Positions 23,359 through 36,060 of a DNA stretch of 64,000 bases are shown piece by piece. Source of the stretch: Escherichia coli. Its GTDB lineage: Bacteria > Pseudomonadota > Gammaproteobacteria > Enterobacterales > Enterobacteriaceae. The notes below the pieces were generated by a model. The model was not told where the DNA came from. It did no database searches and saw only the letters and a list, made by a program, of their open reading frames with translations. The stretch lies in the NCBI RefSeq assembly GCF_024700885.2, contig NZ_CP117016.1; one strand, 5' to 3'. Both the position numbers and the translations under genes were made by a program. Every line of letters starts with the position of its first letter. The stretch's first letter is position 1.

Positions 23359-23614
23359 AGAGTGGCGGGAAGCGTGGCAAAAACGGGCTTTTGCTCACAT
23401 TTCAAATGGTTATAAACATATTTATATAGCGATTAATTCACCAGAAATATTTCTGTTGGTTTGCTCTCTCATCAGAATTTAACACTAAAAGAGCAGGTAA
23501 AATTATCTGAATGTTCTTTAAGTTATTCATAAAGCAAATTAATAAATCTGATGAATATGTTAACCTTCAGCGACATCATCGGTGAAAACCTATAAATGAA
23601 GAAGGAAAGCAAAA

Positions 23615-24103
23615 ATGAAGACCATTCTACCTGCAGTATTGTTTGCCGCTTTCGCCACCACCTCCGCCTGGGCGGCAGAGAGCGTCCAGCCACTGGAAAA
23701 AATCGCGCCTTATCCACAAGCTGAAAAAGGCATGAAGCGTCAGGTGATTCAGTTAACCCCGCAAGAAGATGAATCTACCCTGAAAGTAGAACTGTTAATC
23801 GGTCAGACGCTGGAAGTCGACTGCAATTTACATCGTCTCGGCGGGAAGCTGGAAAGCAAAACGCTGGAAGGCTGGGGCTATGATTATTATGTCTTTGATA
23901 AAGTCAGTTCCCCGGTTTCGACGATGATGGCCTGCCCGGATGGCAAAAAAGAGAAGAAATTTGTCACCGCGTATCTGGGCGATGCTGGAATGCTGCGTTA
24001 CAACAGCAAGCTGCCGATCGTGGTGTATACGCCAGACAATGTAGATGTGAAGTACCGCGTCTGGAAGGCGGAAGAGAAAATTGACAACGCGGTAGTTCGC
24101 TAA
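23615..24103 (+). CDS. eco: Ecotin, periplasmic serine protease inhibitor (162 aa)
   Basis: Signal peptide [20 protein letters not shown], recognised ecotin sequence; SD GAAGGAAAG upstream. Confidence 0.93.
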
Positions 24104-24119
24104 ACTGCCGTGAAGTGCG

Positions 24120-24250
24120 GCACCCGCCAGGTCGGATAAGGCGGTCACGCCGCATCCGACATCTAACGCCCGAGCCGGTTGCCTGATGCGACGCTGACGC
24201 GTCTTATCTGCATACGCCACATCCGGCATACCATGCCGGATGTGGCACAT
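24120..24250. repeat. REP/BIME cluster between convergent eco and mqo
   Basis: At least two inverted REP-like units (gccgcatccgac..., gcctgatgcgacgctgacgcgtcttatc..., ccggatgtggc). Confidence 0.7.
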
Positions 24251-24252
24251 CA

Positions 24253-25911
<1,659 letters not shown>

Positions 25912-26116
25912 TTACTTTTAGTCGCTTTATTGCAGGTGAGATTTGCGCGGCATCAACGGTAACACTTAAGTAACAACATTTAAATAATGTTTATAAATTA
26001 TATTCTAATTTTAGAAACATTATAATTTCGTTGATTAATTATAGGGTTATTAGAAATGAAGGGATTTTTAGAATATTGACCTGGCGGCAGCAGTCCGCCA
26101 GGTCAGCGTCGAAATA

Positions 26117-27760
26117 TTATGCCGTCCGGGCAACGGCATCACGCGAAGCAGCATCGCGCTCTTCGCCTGTCAGCTCGCTAAGTAGCCCGTTGCGCATTTC
26201 CAGCAGGCGGTCAGCGTGGATAAAGTAATGATCATCATGACTGATGGCGAAAATCGTTTTACCCATCTCCTGCATCAGCGGCAGCAGCACCTGATAAAAC
26301 TCACGACGGAAGTGTGGGTCCTGATCCGCCGCCCATTCATCCAGCAGGATAATATCGCGTTCTTCTGCCAGCGCCAGCAACAGCGCGACGCGTTTTTTCT
26401 GCCCTTTCGATAACTTCAGGTTAATAATACGCCCGTTATTTAACTCAAGCTTATGAGCCATTTTCAGTTGCGCCAGCCACTTCTCAATCAGTTGCGGGTT
26501 AGCGGGTTGACCCTCCGGCCCTAGCAGTTGATCGAACAGCCAGACATCGGTAAACACTGCCGAAAACAGTTTGCGATAATCTTCCGGTTGTTCGCCGCTG
26601 ACAGGTTTGCCATCCAGCAAGATTTCGCCGCTTTGTGGCTGATACAAGCCCGTCAGCAACATCGCCAGCGTCGATTTTCCGCTACCGTTGCCGCCAATCA
26701 GAAACAGCAGCTCGCCACGTTTGATGGTGAGATTAATCGGACCAACGGAAAACGCGTTATCCTGATAAGCAAACGTCACGTTACGCAGCTCCAGCGTTTG
26801 CCAGTTGGGAAACGCCTGCGGGCGCGGAAACTCTGCTTTGAAAGGCGCGAGCGCGAATTTGTTCAGCTTGTTAAACGCCACCTGCGCCGTCAGCAGCGTC
26901 GGTAATGCGCCAACCGCCGAAAGCAGCGGCGTACGCAGGAATAACAGCGTCAACGAATAGGTCGCGGCAACGTTGGTATCAGCCCAACCGAGACTGTTCG
27001 CCATCCAGAACACCAGGCCGATAGCGCCCAGCATCATGATGTTTGACCAGTTCACGGCACTAAGATGGAAGGTGTCTGCGCGGATAATATGATGGCGATA
27101 CTCTTGCGCATCAGGAATGTAGAGGTTGTTAAACACATACTCGGCGCGTTCACGGTTCAGAGTCAGCTCTTTGCGCCCTTCGAGTACGGTTTGAAAATCC
27201 GTGTACAGCTTGTCTTCGGTTTCACGCAGGGTCGCCATATGTTTGTAAACCCGCGCCACCAGCACAAAACCGCCCCAGATGGTGACTGCCATCCAGATAG
27301 CCGTTACCAGCAACATTTTGCCGGACAACATCCACAGATACGCCGCGGAACCGATAGTGAGAATGATCCCCTGCACCAGTTCCGGCAGACGAACAAACGC
27401 AATAGTGATATTGCGCACATCGCTGGTTAACCCCGCCAGCAACGAGGCGCTACCGAGTTGTTCGATACGCTCGACGTGAGTATCCAGAATCCGCTTAATA
27501 AATTCGCTACGCAGTCGGTAAACAAAGTGATGCCCCAGCGTAGTAAGTGCAAGTTGCGATCCCAGTGTGACCGCCATTAACAGCAGCAATAAACCCAGAA
27601 ACTCCGGCAACACCAGCAGACTGGTATCCGCCGTTTCAATAAGGCGCTGATTGATAAAAGCAATTAAGCCAATGCCTAAAGCCGCACTGGCGAGGCTTAG
27701 CGCCATCACACTGATAAATGGCCAGCGATACTGCCGCCAGACAAGTACAAGAAGTTCCAT
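26117..27760 (-). CDS. yojI: ABC transporter (fused permease/ATPase) YojI, microcin J25 exporter (547 aa)
   Basis: N-terminal TM domain, Walker [10 protein letters not shown], signature LSKGQKKR, Walker B ILLDE. Confidence 0.92.
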   Translation of the reverse strand: MELLVLVWRQYRWPFISVMALSLASAALGIGLIAFINQRLIETADTSLLVLPEFLGLLLLLMAVTLGSQLALTTLGHHFVYRLRSEFIKRILDTHVERIEQLGSASLLAGLTSDVRNITIAFVRLPELVQGIILTIGSAAYLWMLSGKMLLVTAIWMAVTIWGGFVLVARVYKHMATLRETEDKLYTDFQTVLEGRKELTLNRERAEYVFNNLYIPDAQEYRHHIIRADTFHLSAVNWSNIMMLGAIGLVFWMANSLGWADTNVAATYSLTLLFLRTPLLSAVGALPTLLTAQVAFNKLNKFALAPFKAEFPRPQAFPNWQTLELRNVTFAYQDNAFSVGPINLTIKRGELLFLIGGNGSGKSTLAMLLTGLYQPQSGEILLDGKPVSGEQPEDYRKLFSAVFTDVWLFDQLLGPEGQPANPQLIEKWLAQLKMAHKLELNNGRIINLKLSKGQKKRVALLLALAEERDIILLDEWAADQDPHFRREFYQVLLPLMQEMGKTIFAISHDDHYFIHADRLLEMRNGLLSELTGEERDAASRDAVARTA

Positions 27761-27835
27761 GCAGAAAACCCGGACAATGAATTACAGCCCGCAGTTTAAA
27801 CATCTTCGCGCGCACAGCAATAATAATTCTTATTT

Positions 27836-28486
27836 TTATTCTTTTTTACCTGCCTGACGGAATGTCAGGTTGTAGCGGCAGTCGGTGGTGAGTGGATGAA
27901 ACCCCGCTTTCAACGGTTGAATGCCGTGATAAAACAGCCGCGACTCACCGCCCCATACCACCACATCGCCATGTTCCAACAACAATCTTTTTAGCGGATC
28001 ATTTCGTTTCAGGCCACCAAATTGAAAAATCGCGGGTAAGCCCAGAGAAACAGAAACAATTGGCGCGCGCAGATCCGGTTCGTCTTTATCCTGATGCAGC
28101 GACAGTTTCGCGCCAGGAGCGTAGCGGTTGATAAGACAAGCATCTGGCTGGAAATCTGGAAAGCCCGCCGCCGTAGCCGCACGTTGACATAAATTATGAA
28201 AACTCTGCGGCATGGCGGGCCACGGTTTATTTGTTTGCGGATCAATGGGCGAATAGAGATAACCTTGCCGATGGGTCGTCCAGCCCAGATGCCCACAGTT
28301 GGTCATCGCCACCGACATGGTATATCCGCCTGGAGTGACCATCTGGCGAAACGGCGACTGGCTGGCAACATCATTAATATCGCGGATCAGTTGCTCCGCA
28401 GCGTTAAAAGCAAAACGCCGTAAAATCACCGCACCAGCCGCCAGTGGCTCTTGCCACGGTTCAGCATCGGCAAACAGGTCCAACAT
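27836..28486 (-). CDS. alkB: Alpha-ketoglutarate-dependent dioxygenase AlkB, DNA/RNA demethylase (216 aa)
   Basis: HxD...H iron-binding residues (LHQDKDE ... H in GFHPL); 1-nt overlap with ada stop. Confidence 0.93.
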   Translation of the reverse strand: MLDLFADAEPWQEPLAAGAVILRRFAFNAAEQLIRDINDVASQSPFRQMVTPGGYTMSVAMTNCGHLGWTTHRQGYLYSPIDPQTNKPWPAMPQSFHNLCQRAATAAGFPDFQPDACLINRYAPGAKLSLHQDKDEPDLRAPIVSVSLGLPAIFQFGGLKRNDPLKRLLLEHGDVVVWGGESRLFYHGIQPLKAGFHPLTTDCRYNLTFRQAGKKE

Positions 28487-29550
28487 TACCTCTCCTCATT
28501 TTCAACTTCGCGGCGCAGCAGTTGCGCTTTGCGCGACACGCCCCAGCGGTAACCGGAAAGTGAGCCATCACCACGGACCACCCGATGACAAGGTATAACG
28601 ATAGCGAGCTTGTTGGCGGCACAGGCGCTGGCAACGGCACGTACCGCTTTCGGTTTGCCGATGGCGTTCGCCAGTTGCTGATAACTGACGGTTTCACCAC
28701 AAGGTATCGTGCGCAGTGCCTGCCAGACTTGTTGCTGAAAAGCAGTGCCGCGAATATCCAGCGGTAACGTCAGCGGCGTATCGCGTTGATTGAGGCTGGC
28801 GATCACTTCACGCAGATGTTGTTGAAACGTCAGATCGGCAGGCGCGTTGTCGGCAGCGGGAAACATCTGCTGCAACTCGCTGATTAGTGTCGCGTCATCA
28901 TCGCCCAGCAATATCGCGCAAATCCCCCGCTCGCTTTCTGCCACCAGGCAACGGCCCAGCTCACAATCAGCCAGCGCGTAACGCACCGCCAGATTTTCGC
29001 CACCGTGACGGAATTGTTTAGCCGTCATGCCCAGCGTTTCGTCGGCTTTGCGGTAGTAACTGCTGCTGTCGGGAAATCCGGCGTTAAGAATAGATGTAGT
29101 CACGCTCTCCCCTTTCGCCAGCGATTCGCGCAAACGGCGAGCGCGCCAGGCCTGTTGCCAGGCTTTAGGCGTCATTCCGGTAGTCGCTTTAAACAACCGA
29201 TGCAGATGGAACGGACTCATCGCCACCTGGTCGGCTAAGGCTTCCAGCGTTACAGGCGTTTCCTGTTCCAGAAGTCGGCAGGCGTGGGTAATTTTATCAA
29301 GCCGATGTTGCTGGGCATTGGCTTTGTCTGGCTGACAACGTTTGCAGGGGCGAAATCCGGCGGCGAGTGCCTCGCTGGCATTTGCGTAGAAGGAGACATT
29401 TTCCCGCAAGGCATGTCTGGCGCGGCAAGACGGACGGCAAAAGATACCCGTGGTGCGCACGGCGAAAACGAATTCGCCGTCGGCATTCGGGTCGCGGGCT
29501 AAGACAGATTGCCAGCGTTGATCGTCAGTTAAGCAAGTGGCGTTTTTCAT
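28486..29550 (-). CDS. ada: Bifunctional regulator / O6-methylguanine-DNA methyltransferase Ada (354 aa)
   Basis: N-terminal Zn cysteine cluster with Cys38 (FCRPSCR), AraC HTH, C-terminal PCHRV active site. Confidence 0.93.
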   Translation of the reverse strand: MKNATCLTDDQRWQSVLARDPNADGEFVFAVRTTGIFCRPSCRARHALRENVSFYANASEALAAGFRPCKRCQPDKANAQQHRLDKITHACRLLEQETPVTLEALADQVAMSPFHLHRLFKATTGMTPKAWQQAWRARRLRESLAKGESVTTSILNAGFPDSSSYYRKADETLGMTAKQFRHGGENLAVRYALADCELGRCLVAESERGICAILLGDDDATLISELQQMFPAADNAPADLTFQQHLREVIASLNQRDTPLTLPLDIRGTAFQQQVWQALRTIPCGETVSYQQLANAIGKPKAVRAVASACAANKLAIVIPCHRVVRGDGSLSGYRWGVSRKAQLLRREVENEER

Positions 29551-29610
29551 AATCAGCTCCCTGGTTAAGGATAGCCTTTAGTCTGCCCGGTCACCATCAC
29601 GCAAAAACCA

Positions 29611-29630
29611 ACAATCTTGCGCTTTAATTT
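29611..29630 (-). promoter_or_regulatory. Ada box (AAAGCGCA) of the ada-alkB promoter
   Basis: Minus-strand reading aaaaattaaagcgcaagatt about 60-80 bp upstream of the ada start. Confidence 0.6.
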
Positions 29631-30679
29631 TTTTCGCTGACAAGGAAGCTTTTAAACTGTGGTGACATCCAGGTTTTAAAGCTATCGTCTTCTTTGGTGA
29701 TCATATAAACCGCCAGCCCTTCCCGGCGAACAACCTCTTTGGCTTTCTCCGGCCCGAGCACCATCAAACCTGTATCCCAGGCGTCGGCTTCCAGCGCCGT
29801 CGGTGCAATCACCGTCACGGACACCAGATTATGCTCGATAGGTCGTCCGGTTTGCGGATCGATAACATGAGAAAGGCGTTTGCCGTCCAGTTCGTAATAG
29901 TTGCGGTAGCTGCCGGAGGTGCTGATACCGTGGCCGTTGATATCCACCACCGCCTGAACTGCGTTTTCTTTATCGGTTGGTTTTTGAATCGCCACTCGCC
30001 ACGGCTGGCCTTCACCGTTCATACCACGGCTGTTCAGCGCCCCGCCCACCGACACCAGGTAGCGAGAAATACCTTCCTGCTCCATCAAGCGTGCCAGATG
30101 ATCGGCGGCATAGCCTTCGCCGACGGTGGAGAGATCGACATATAAATCCGGAAGATCTTTTTGCAGGTACTGCTGATGATACTGATTGATGACAGTCAGG
30201 TGCTGTAAGCCGGTTTTGGCTTTCATTGCATCAATTTGTTCCTGGCTCGGAATTTGTACTGGTTGTTGTTCCGGGCCAAAGCCCCACAGATTCACCAGCG
30301 GCCCAACAGTAATATCCATCGCGCCATCGGTCTTTGCGCCAATACGTAGCGAGGTGGTGACGATATCGGCCATCGCTTCACTTACCGGCCACGGTGTCAG
30401 ACTTTGCGAGTCGTTAAAGCGCATCAGCGCAGAGTCTTTTTTATAGGTCGAAAGCAGCTGATCGTCAGCGTCCAGCTGGGTCTGAATCTTCTCTTTAAGT
30501 TCAGCACTGCGTTTGGCGTCAATGCCAGGGATGCTGGCACGCCAGAAGGTTCCCATGGTTTTGCCTTCAAGAACGGTAACTTCGGTAGCGTGGGTTTTGG
30601 CGGGTTGTGGTTTTTGATCGCAACCAACAAAGAAGAGCGCGGCAGCCAGCAGTGCCACGCGGGTAAAGCTTATTTCCAT
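29624..30679 (-). CDS. apbE: FAD:protein FMN transferase ApbE (351 aa)
   Basis: Lipoprotein signal (LFFVGC), ApbE family core. Confidence 0.92.
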   Translation of the reverse strand: MEISFTRVALLAAALFFVGCDQKPQPAKTHATEVTVLEGKTMGTFWRASIPGIDAKRSAELKEKIQTQLDADDQLLSTYKKDSALMRFNDSQSLTPWPVSEAMADIVTTSLRIGAKTDGAMDITVGPLVNLWGFGPEQQPVQIPSQEQIDAMKAKTGLQHLTVINQYHQQYLQKDLPDLYVDLSTVGEGYAADHLARLMEQEGISRYLVSVGGALNSRGMNGEGQPWRVAIQKPTDKENAVQAVVDINGHGISTSGSYRNYYELDGKRLSHVIDPQTGRPIEHNLVSVTVIAPTALEADAWDTGLMVLGPEKAKEVVRREGLAVYMITKEDDSFKTWMSPQFKSFLVSEKN

Positions 30680-30744
30680 ACGTGATTATCCTCATGCGAA
30701 CGGTCGCAAGAGTACACCAAAAAAACGCGTTTGTACGCTGAAAA

Positions 30745-30772
30745 CAATGAAAAAAGGGCCCGCAGGCCCTTT
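30745..30772 (-). terminator. Rho-independent terminator of ompC
   Basis: Stem GGGCC/GGCCC with a poly-T run on the minus strand immediately downstream of the ompC stop. Confidence 0.8.
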
Positions 30773-30790
30773 GTTCGATATAAATCGAAA

Positions 30791-32231
<1,441 letters not shown>

Positions 32232-32324
32232 GCTATCATCATTAACTTTATTTATTACCGTCATTCATTTCTGAATGTCTGTTTACCCCTATTTCAACCG
32301 GATGCCTCGCATCCGGTTTTTTTT
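32232..32324 (+). ncRNA. micF: MicF antisense sRNA
   Basis: Recognised sequence gctatcatcattaactttatttattaccgtcattcatttctgaatgtctgtttacccctatttcaaccggatgcctcgcatccggtttttttt including the terminator hairpin and U-run. Confidence 0.9.
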
Positions 32325-32635
32325 ACCCTTCTTTACACACTTTTCATTATTCTGTGCTACCACAGAAAAACTATAACGCTTGTTAACTATTTCACAAATA
32401 ATTAACATCGGCATAATTTCCAGCAATCTTCGTTTATTTGCAATTAATTTCGTTGGGCTTTTTGTAGGTTATTTGTACAGCAAAATGGCGCTTGTACATC
32501 TATTTCACCCAATGCAGGATGATAAATATCACGGGAGAATAGAGAATCATCAATCAGGTAAGAGTCTGGAATTTCACACTGTACCCTTTATACTGCCCTA
32601 TCACTTCGCGAAGTTTTAACAGGTCATAAACACGA

Positions 32636-35308
32636 ATGCGTCAGAAAGAGACAACGGCCACGACCCGCTTTTCACTCCTACCGGGGAGCATTACCCGCTT
32701 CTTTTTACTGTTGATCATTGTGTTACTGGTGACGATGGGGGTAATGGTACAAAGCGCCGTTAACGCCTGGCTGAAAGATAAAAGTTACCAGATTGTCGAC
32801 ATTACCCACGCAATCCAAAAGCGCGTCGATACCTGGCGTTACGTGACCTGGCAGATCTACGACAACATTGCCGCGACGACCTCCCCCTCCTCCGGCGAAG
32901 GTTTACAAGAGACGCGCCTGAAACAGGATGTCTACTATCTGGAAAAACCGCGCCGCAAAACGGAAGCGTTAATCTTTGGCTCTCACGACAACTCAACGCT
33001 TGAGATGACTCAGCGGATGTCCACTTATCTGGATACATTGTGGGGCGCAGAAAATGTACCGTGGTCGATGTATTACCTGAATGGTCAGGATAACAGTCTG
33101 GTGCTGATCTCAACCCTGCCCCTCAAAGATCTCACCTCCGGATTTAAAGAATCGACCGTCAGCGACATTGTTGATTCACGTCGTGCAGAGATGTTGCAAC
33201 AGGCCAACGCCCTCGATGAACGCGAAAGCTTTTCTAACATGCGCCGCCTGGCCTGGCAGAACGGTCATTACTTTACCTTGCGTACCACCTTTAACCAGCC
33301 GGGACATCTGGCAACGGTTGTGGCTTTTGATCTGCCGATTAATGATTTGATCCCACCGGGTATGCCGCTGGACAGTTTCCGCCTTGAGCCAGACGCGACG
33401 GCAACGGGAAACAATGATAATGAGAAAGAAGGGACGGATAGCGTCAGTATCCACTTTAACAGTACGAAGATTGAAATCTCCTCGGCACTCAACTCTACCG
33501 ATATGCGCCTGGTCTGGCAGGTTCCTTATGCCACCTTATTGCTGGATACGTTGCAAAACATTCTGCTGCCACTGCTGCTGAACATCGGTTTGCTGGCGCT
33601 GGCGTTATTTGGCTATACCACATTCCGCCATTTCTCCAGTCGCAGTACAGAAAGTCTACCCAACACGGCGGTCAATAACGAATTGCGCATTTTACGGGCA
33701 ATCAATGAAGAGATAGTCTCACTGCTGCCGCTCGGCCTGCTGGTTCACGATCAGGAATCGAACCGCACTGTCATAAGTAACAAAATTGCCGATCATTTGC
33801 TGCCGCATTTGAATCTGCAAAACATCACCACCATGGCGGAACAGCATCAGGGGATTATTCAGGCGACGATTAATAACGAGCTGTATGAGATCCGCATGTT
33901 CCGCAGCCAGGTCGCGCCGCGCACACAAATTTTCATTATTCGCGATCAGGATCGCGAAGTGCTGGTAAACAAGAAACTCAAGCAGGCGCAGCGTCTGTAT
34001 GAGAAAAACCAGCAGGGGCGGATGACCTTTATGAAAAACATTGGCGATGCGCTGAAAGAACCCGCACAGTCCCTGGCGGAGAGCGCGGCTAAACTCAACG
34101 CCCCGGAAAGCAAACAACTGGCGAATCAGGCTGATGTGCTGGTGCGGCTGGTCGATGAAATACAGTTAGCGAACATGCTTGCGGACGATAGCTGGAAAAG
34201 TGAGACGGTGCTGTTCTACGTGCAGGATTTGATTGATGAAGTTGTGCCTTCAGTGTTGCCTGCCATCAAGCGTAAAGGTCTGCAACTGCTGATTAACAAT
34301 CATCTGAAAGCACACGATATGCGCCGCGGCGATCGCGATGCCTTACGACGTATTTTGCTGTTACTGATACAATATGCCGTGACCTCAACGCAATTGGGAA
34401 AAATCACCCTTGAGGTTGATCAGGATGAGTCCTCCGAAGACCGCCTGACGTTCCGCATTCTGGACACTGGAGAAGGCGTAAGCATTCATGAAATGGATAA
34501 TTTGCACTTCCCGTTTATCAACCAGACCCAAAACGATCGCTATGGCAAGGCGGACCCGCTGGCATTCTGGCTGAGCGATCAACTGGCGCGTAAACTGGGC
34601 GGTCATTTAAACATCAAAACGCGGGATGGGCTTGGTACACGCTACTCTGTGCATATCAAAATGCTCGCAGCTGACCCGGAAGTTGAAGAGGAAGAAGAGC
34701 GATTACTGGATGATGTCTGCGTAATGGTGGATGTTACTTCGGCAGAAATTCGGAATATTGTCACTCGCCAGTTAGAAAATTGGGGTGCAACCTGTATCAC
34801 ACCCGATGAAAGATTAATTAGTCAAGATTATGATATCTTTTTAACGGATAATCCGTCTAATCTTACTGCCTCTGGCTTGCTTTTAAGCGATGATGAGTCT
34901 GGCGTACGGGAAATTGGGCCTGGTCAATTGTGCGTCAACTTCAATATGAGCAACGCTATGCAGGAAGCGGTCTTACAATTAATTGAAGTGCAACTGGCGC
35001 AGGAAGAGGTGACAGAATCGCCTCTGGGCGGAGATGAAAATGCGCAACTCCATGCCAGCGGCTATTATGCGCTCTTTGTAGACACAGTACCGGATGATGT
35101 TAAGAGGCTGTATACTGAAGCAGCAACCAGTGACTTTGCTGCGTTAGCCCAAACGGCTCATCGTCTTAAAGGCGTATTTGCCATGCTAAATCTGGTACCC
35201 GGCAAGCAGTTATGTGAAACGCTGGAACATCTGATTCGTGAGAAGGATGTTCCAGGAATAGAAAAATACATCAGCGACATTGACAGTTATGTCAAGAGCT
35301 TGCTGTAG
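32636..35308 (+). CDS. rcsD: Phosphotransfer intermediate protein RcsD (890 aa)
   Basis: Two N-terminal TM segments, periplasmic domain, degenerate kinase domain, C-terminal HPt; upstream of rcsB. Confidence 0.92.
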   Translation: MRQKETTATTRFSLLPGSITRFFLLLIIVLLVTMGVMVQSAVNAWLKDKSYQIVDITHAIQKRVDTWRYVTWQIYDNIAATTSPSSGEGLQETRLKQDVYYLEKPRRKTEALIFGSHDNSTLEMTQRMSTYLDTLWGAENVPWSMYYLNGQDNSLVLISTLPLKDLTSGFKESTVSDIVDSRRAEMLQQANALDERESFSNMRRLAWQNGHYFTLRTTFNQPGHLATVVAFDLPINDLIPPGMPLDSFRLEPDATATGNNDNEKEGTDSVSIHFNSTKIEISSALNSTDMRLVWQVPYATLLLDTLQNILLPLLLNIGLLALALFGYTTFRHFSSRSTESLPNTAVNNELRILRAINEEIVSLLPLGLLVHDQESNRTVISNKIADHLLPHLNLQNITTMAEQHQGIIQATINNELYEIRMFRSQVAPRTQIFIIRDQDREVLVNKKLKQAQRLYEKNQQGRMTFMKNIGDALKEPAQSLAESAAKLNAPESKQLANQADVLVRLVDEIQLANMLADDSWKSETVLFYVQDLIDEVVPSVLPAIKRKGLQLLINNHLKAHDMRRGDRDALRRILLLLIQYAVTSTQLGKITLEVDQDESSEDRLTFRILDTGEGVSIHEMDNLHFPFINQTQNDRYGKADPLAFWLSDQLARKLGGHLNIKTRDGLGTRYSVHIKMLAADPEVEEEEERLLDDVCVMVDVTSAEIRNIVTRQLENWGATCITPDERLISQDYDIFLTDNPSNLTASGLLLSDDESGVREIGPGQLCVNFNMSNAMQEAVLQLIEVQLAQEEVTESPLGGDENAQLHASGYYALFVDTVPDDVKRLYTEAATSDFAALAQTAHRLKGVFAMLNLVPGKQLCETLEHLIREKDVPGIEKYISDIDSYVKSLL

Positions 35309-35324
35309 CAAGGTAGCCTATTAC

Positions 35325-35975
35325 ATGAACAATATGAACGTAATTATTGCCGATGACCATCCGATAGTCTTGTTCGGTATTCGCAAATCACTTGAGCAAA
35401 TTGAGTGGGTGAATGTTGTCGGCGAATTTGAAGACTCTACAGCACTGATCAACAACCTGCCGAAACTGGATGCGCATGTGTTGATTACCGATCTCTCCAT
35501 GCCTGGCGATAAGTACGGCGATGGCATTACCTTAATCAAGTACATCAAGCGCCATTTCCCAAGCCTGTCGATCATTGTTCTGACTATGAACAACAACCCG
35601 GCGATTCTTAGTGCGGTATTGGATCTGGATATCGAAGGGATCGTGCTGAAACAAGGTGCACCGACCGATCTGCCGAAAGCTCTCGCCGCGCTGCAGAAAG
35701 GGAAGAAATTTACCCCGGAAAGCGTTTCTCGCCTGTTGGAAAAAATCAGTGCTGGTGGTTACGGTGACAAGCGTCTCTCGCCAAAAGAGAGTGAAGTTCT
35801 GCGCCTGTTTGCTGAAGGCTTCCTGGTGACCGAGATCGCTAAAAAGCTGAACCGCAGTATCAAAACCATCAGTAGCCAGAAGAAATCTGCGATGATGAAG
35901 CTGGGTGTCGAGAACGATATTGCTCTGCTGAATTATCTCTCTTCTGTGACCTTAAGTCCGGCAGATAAAGACTAA
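35325..35975 (+). CDS. rcsB: Response regulator RcsB (216 aa)
   Basis: Start MNNMNVIIADDHPIVLFGIRKSL at ATG 35325; receiver plus LuxR-type HTH. Confidence 0.93.
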   Translation: MNNMNVIIADDHPIVLFGIRKSLEQIEWVNVVGEFEDSTALINNLPKLDAHVLITDLSMPGDKYGDGITLIKYIKRHFPSLSIIVLTMNNNPAILSAVLDLDIEGIVLKQGAPTDLPKALAALQKGKKFTPESVSRLLEKISAGGYGDKRLSPKESEVLRLFAEGFLVTEIAKKLNRSIKTISSQKKSAMMKLGVENDIALLNYLSSVTLSPADKD

Positions 35976-35979
35976 TCAT

Positions 35980-36060
35980 CTGTAGGCCAGATAAGACGCG
36001 TCAGCGTCGCATCTGGCATTTGCACTGAATGCCAGATGCGGCGTAAACGCCTTATCCGTC
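35980..36060. repeat. REP element pair between rcsB and rcsC
   Basis: tgtaggccagataagacgcgtcagcgtcgcatctggcat ... gccagatgcggcgtaaacgccttatccgtcctac inverted REPs. Confidence 0.7.

Noticed and set aside
23523-23717. 64-aa minus-strand ORF in the napF-eco intergenic region as a possible yojO
   Set aside because: It overlaps the eco start and its SD, has no ribosome-binding site of its own, and has an AT-rich low-complexity translation. I could not match it to the K-12 small-protein annotation from memory.
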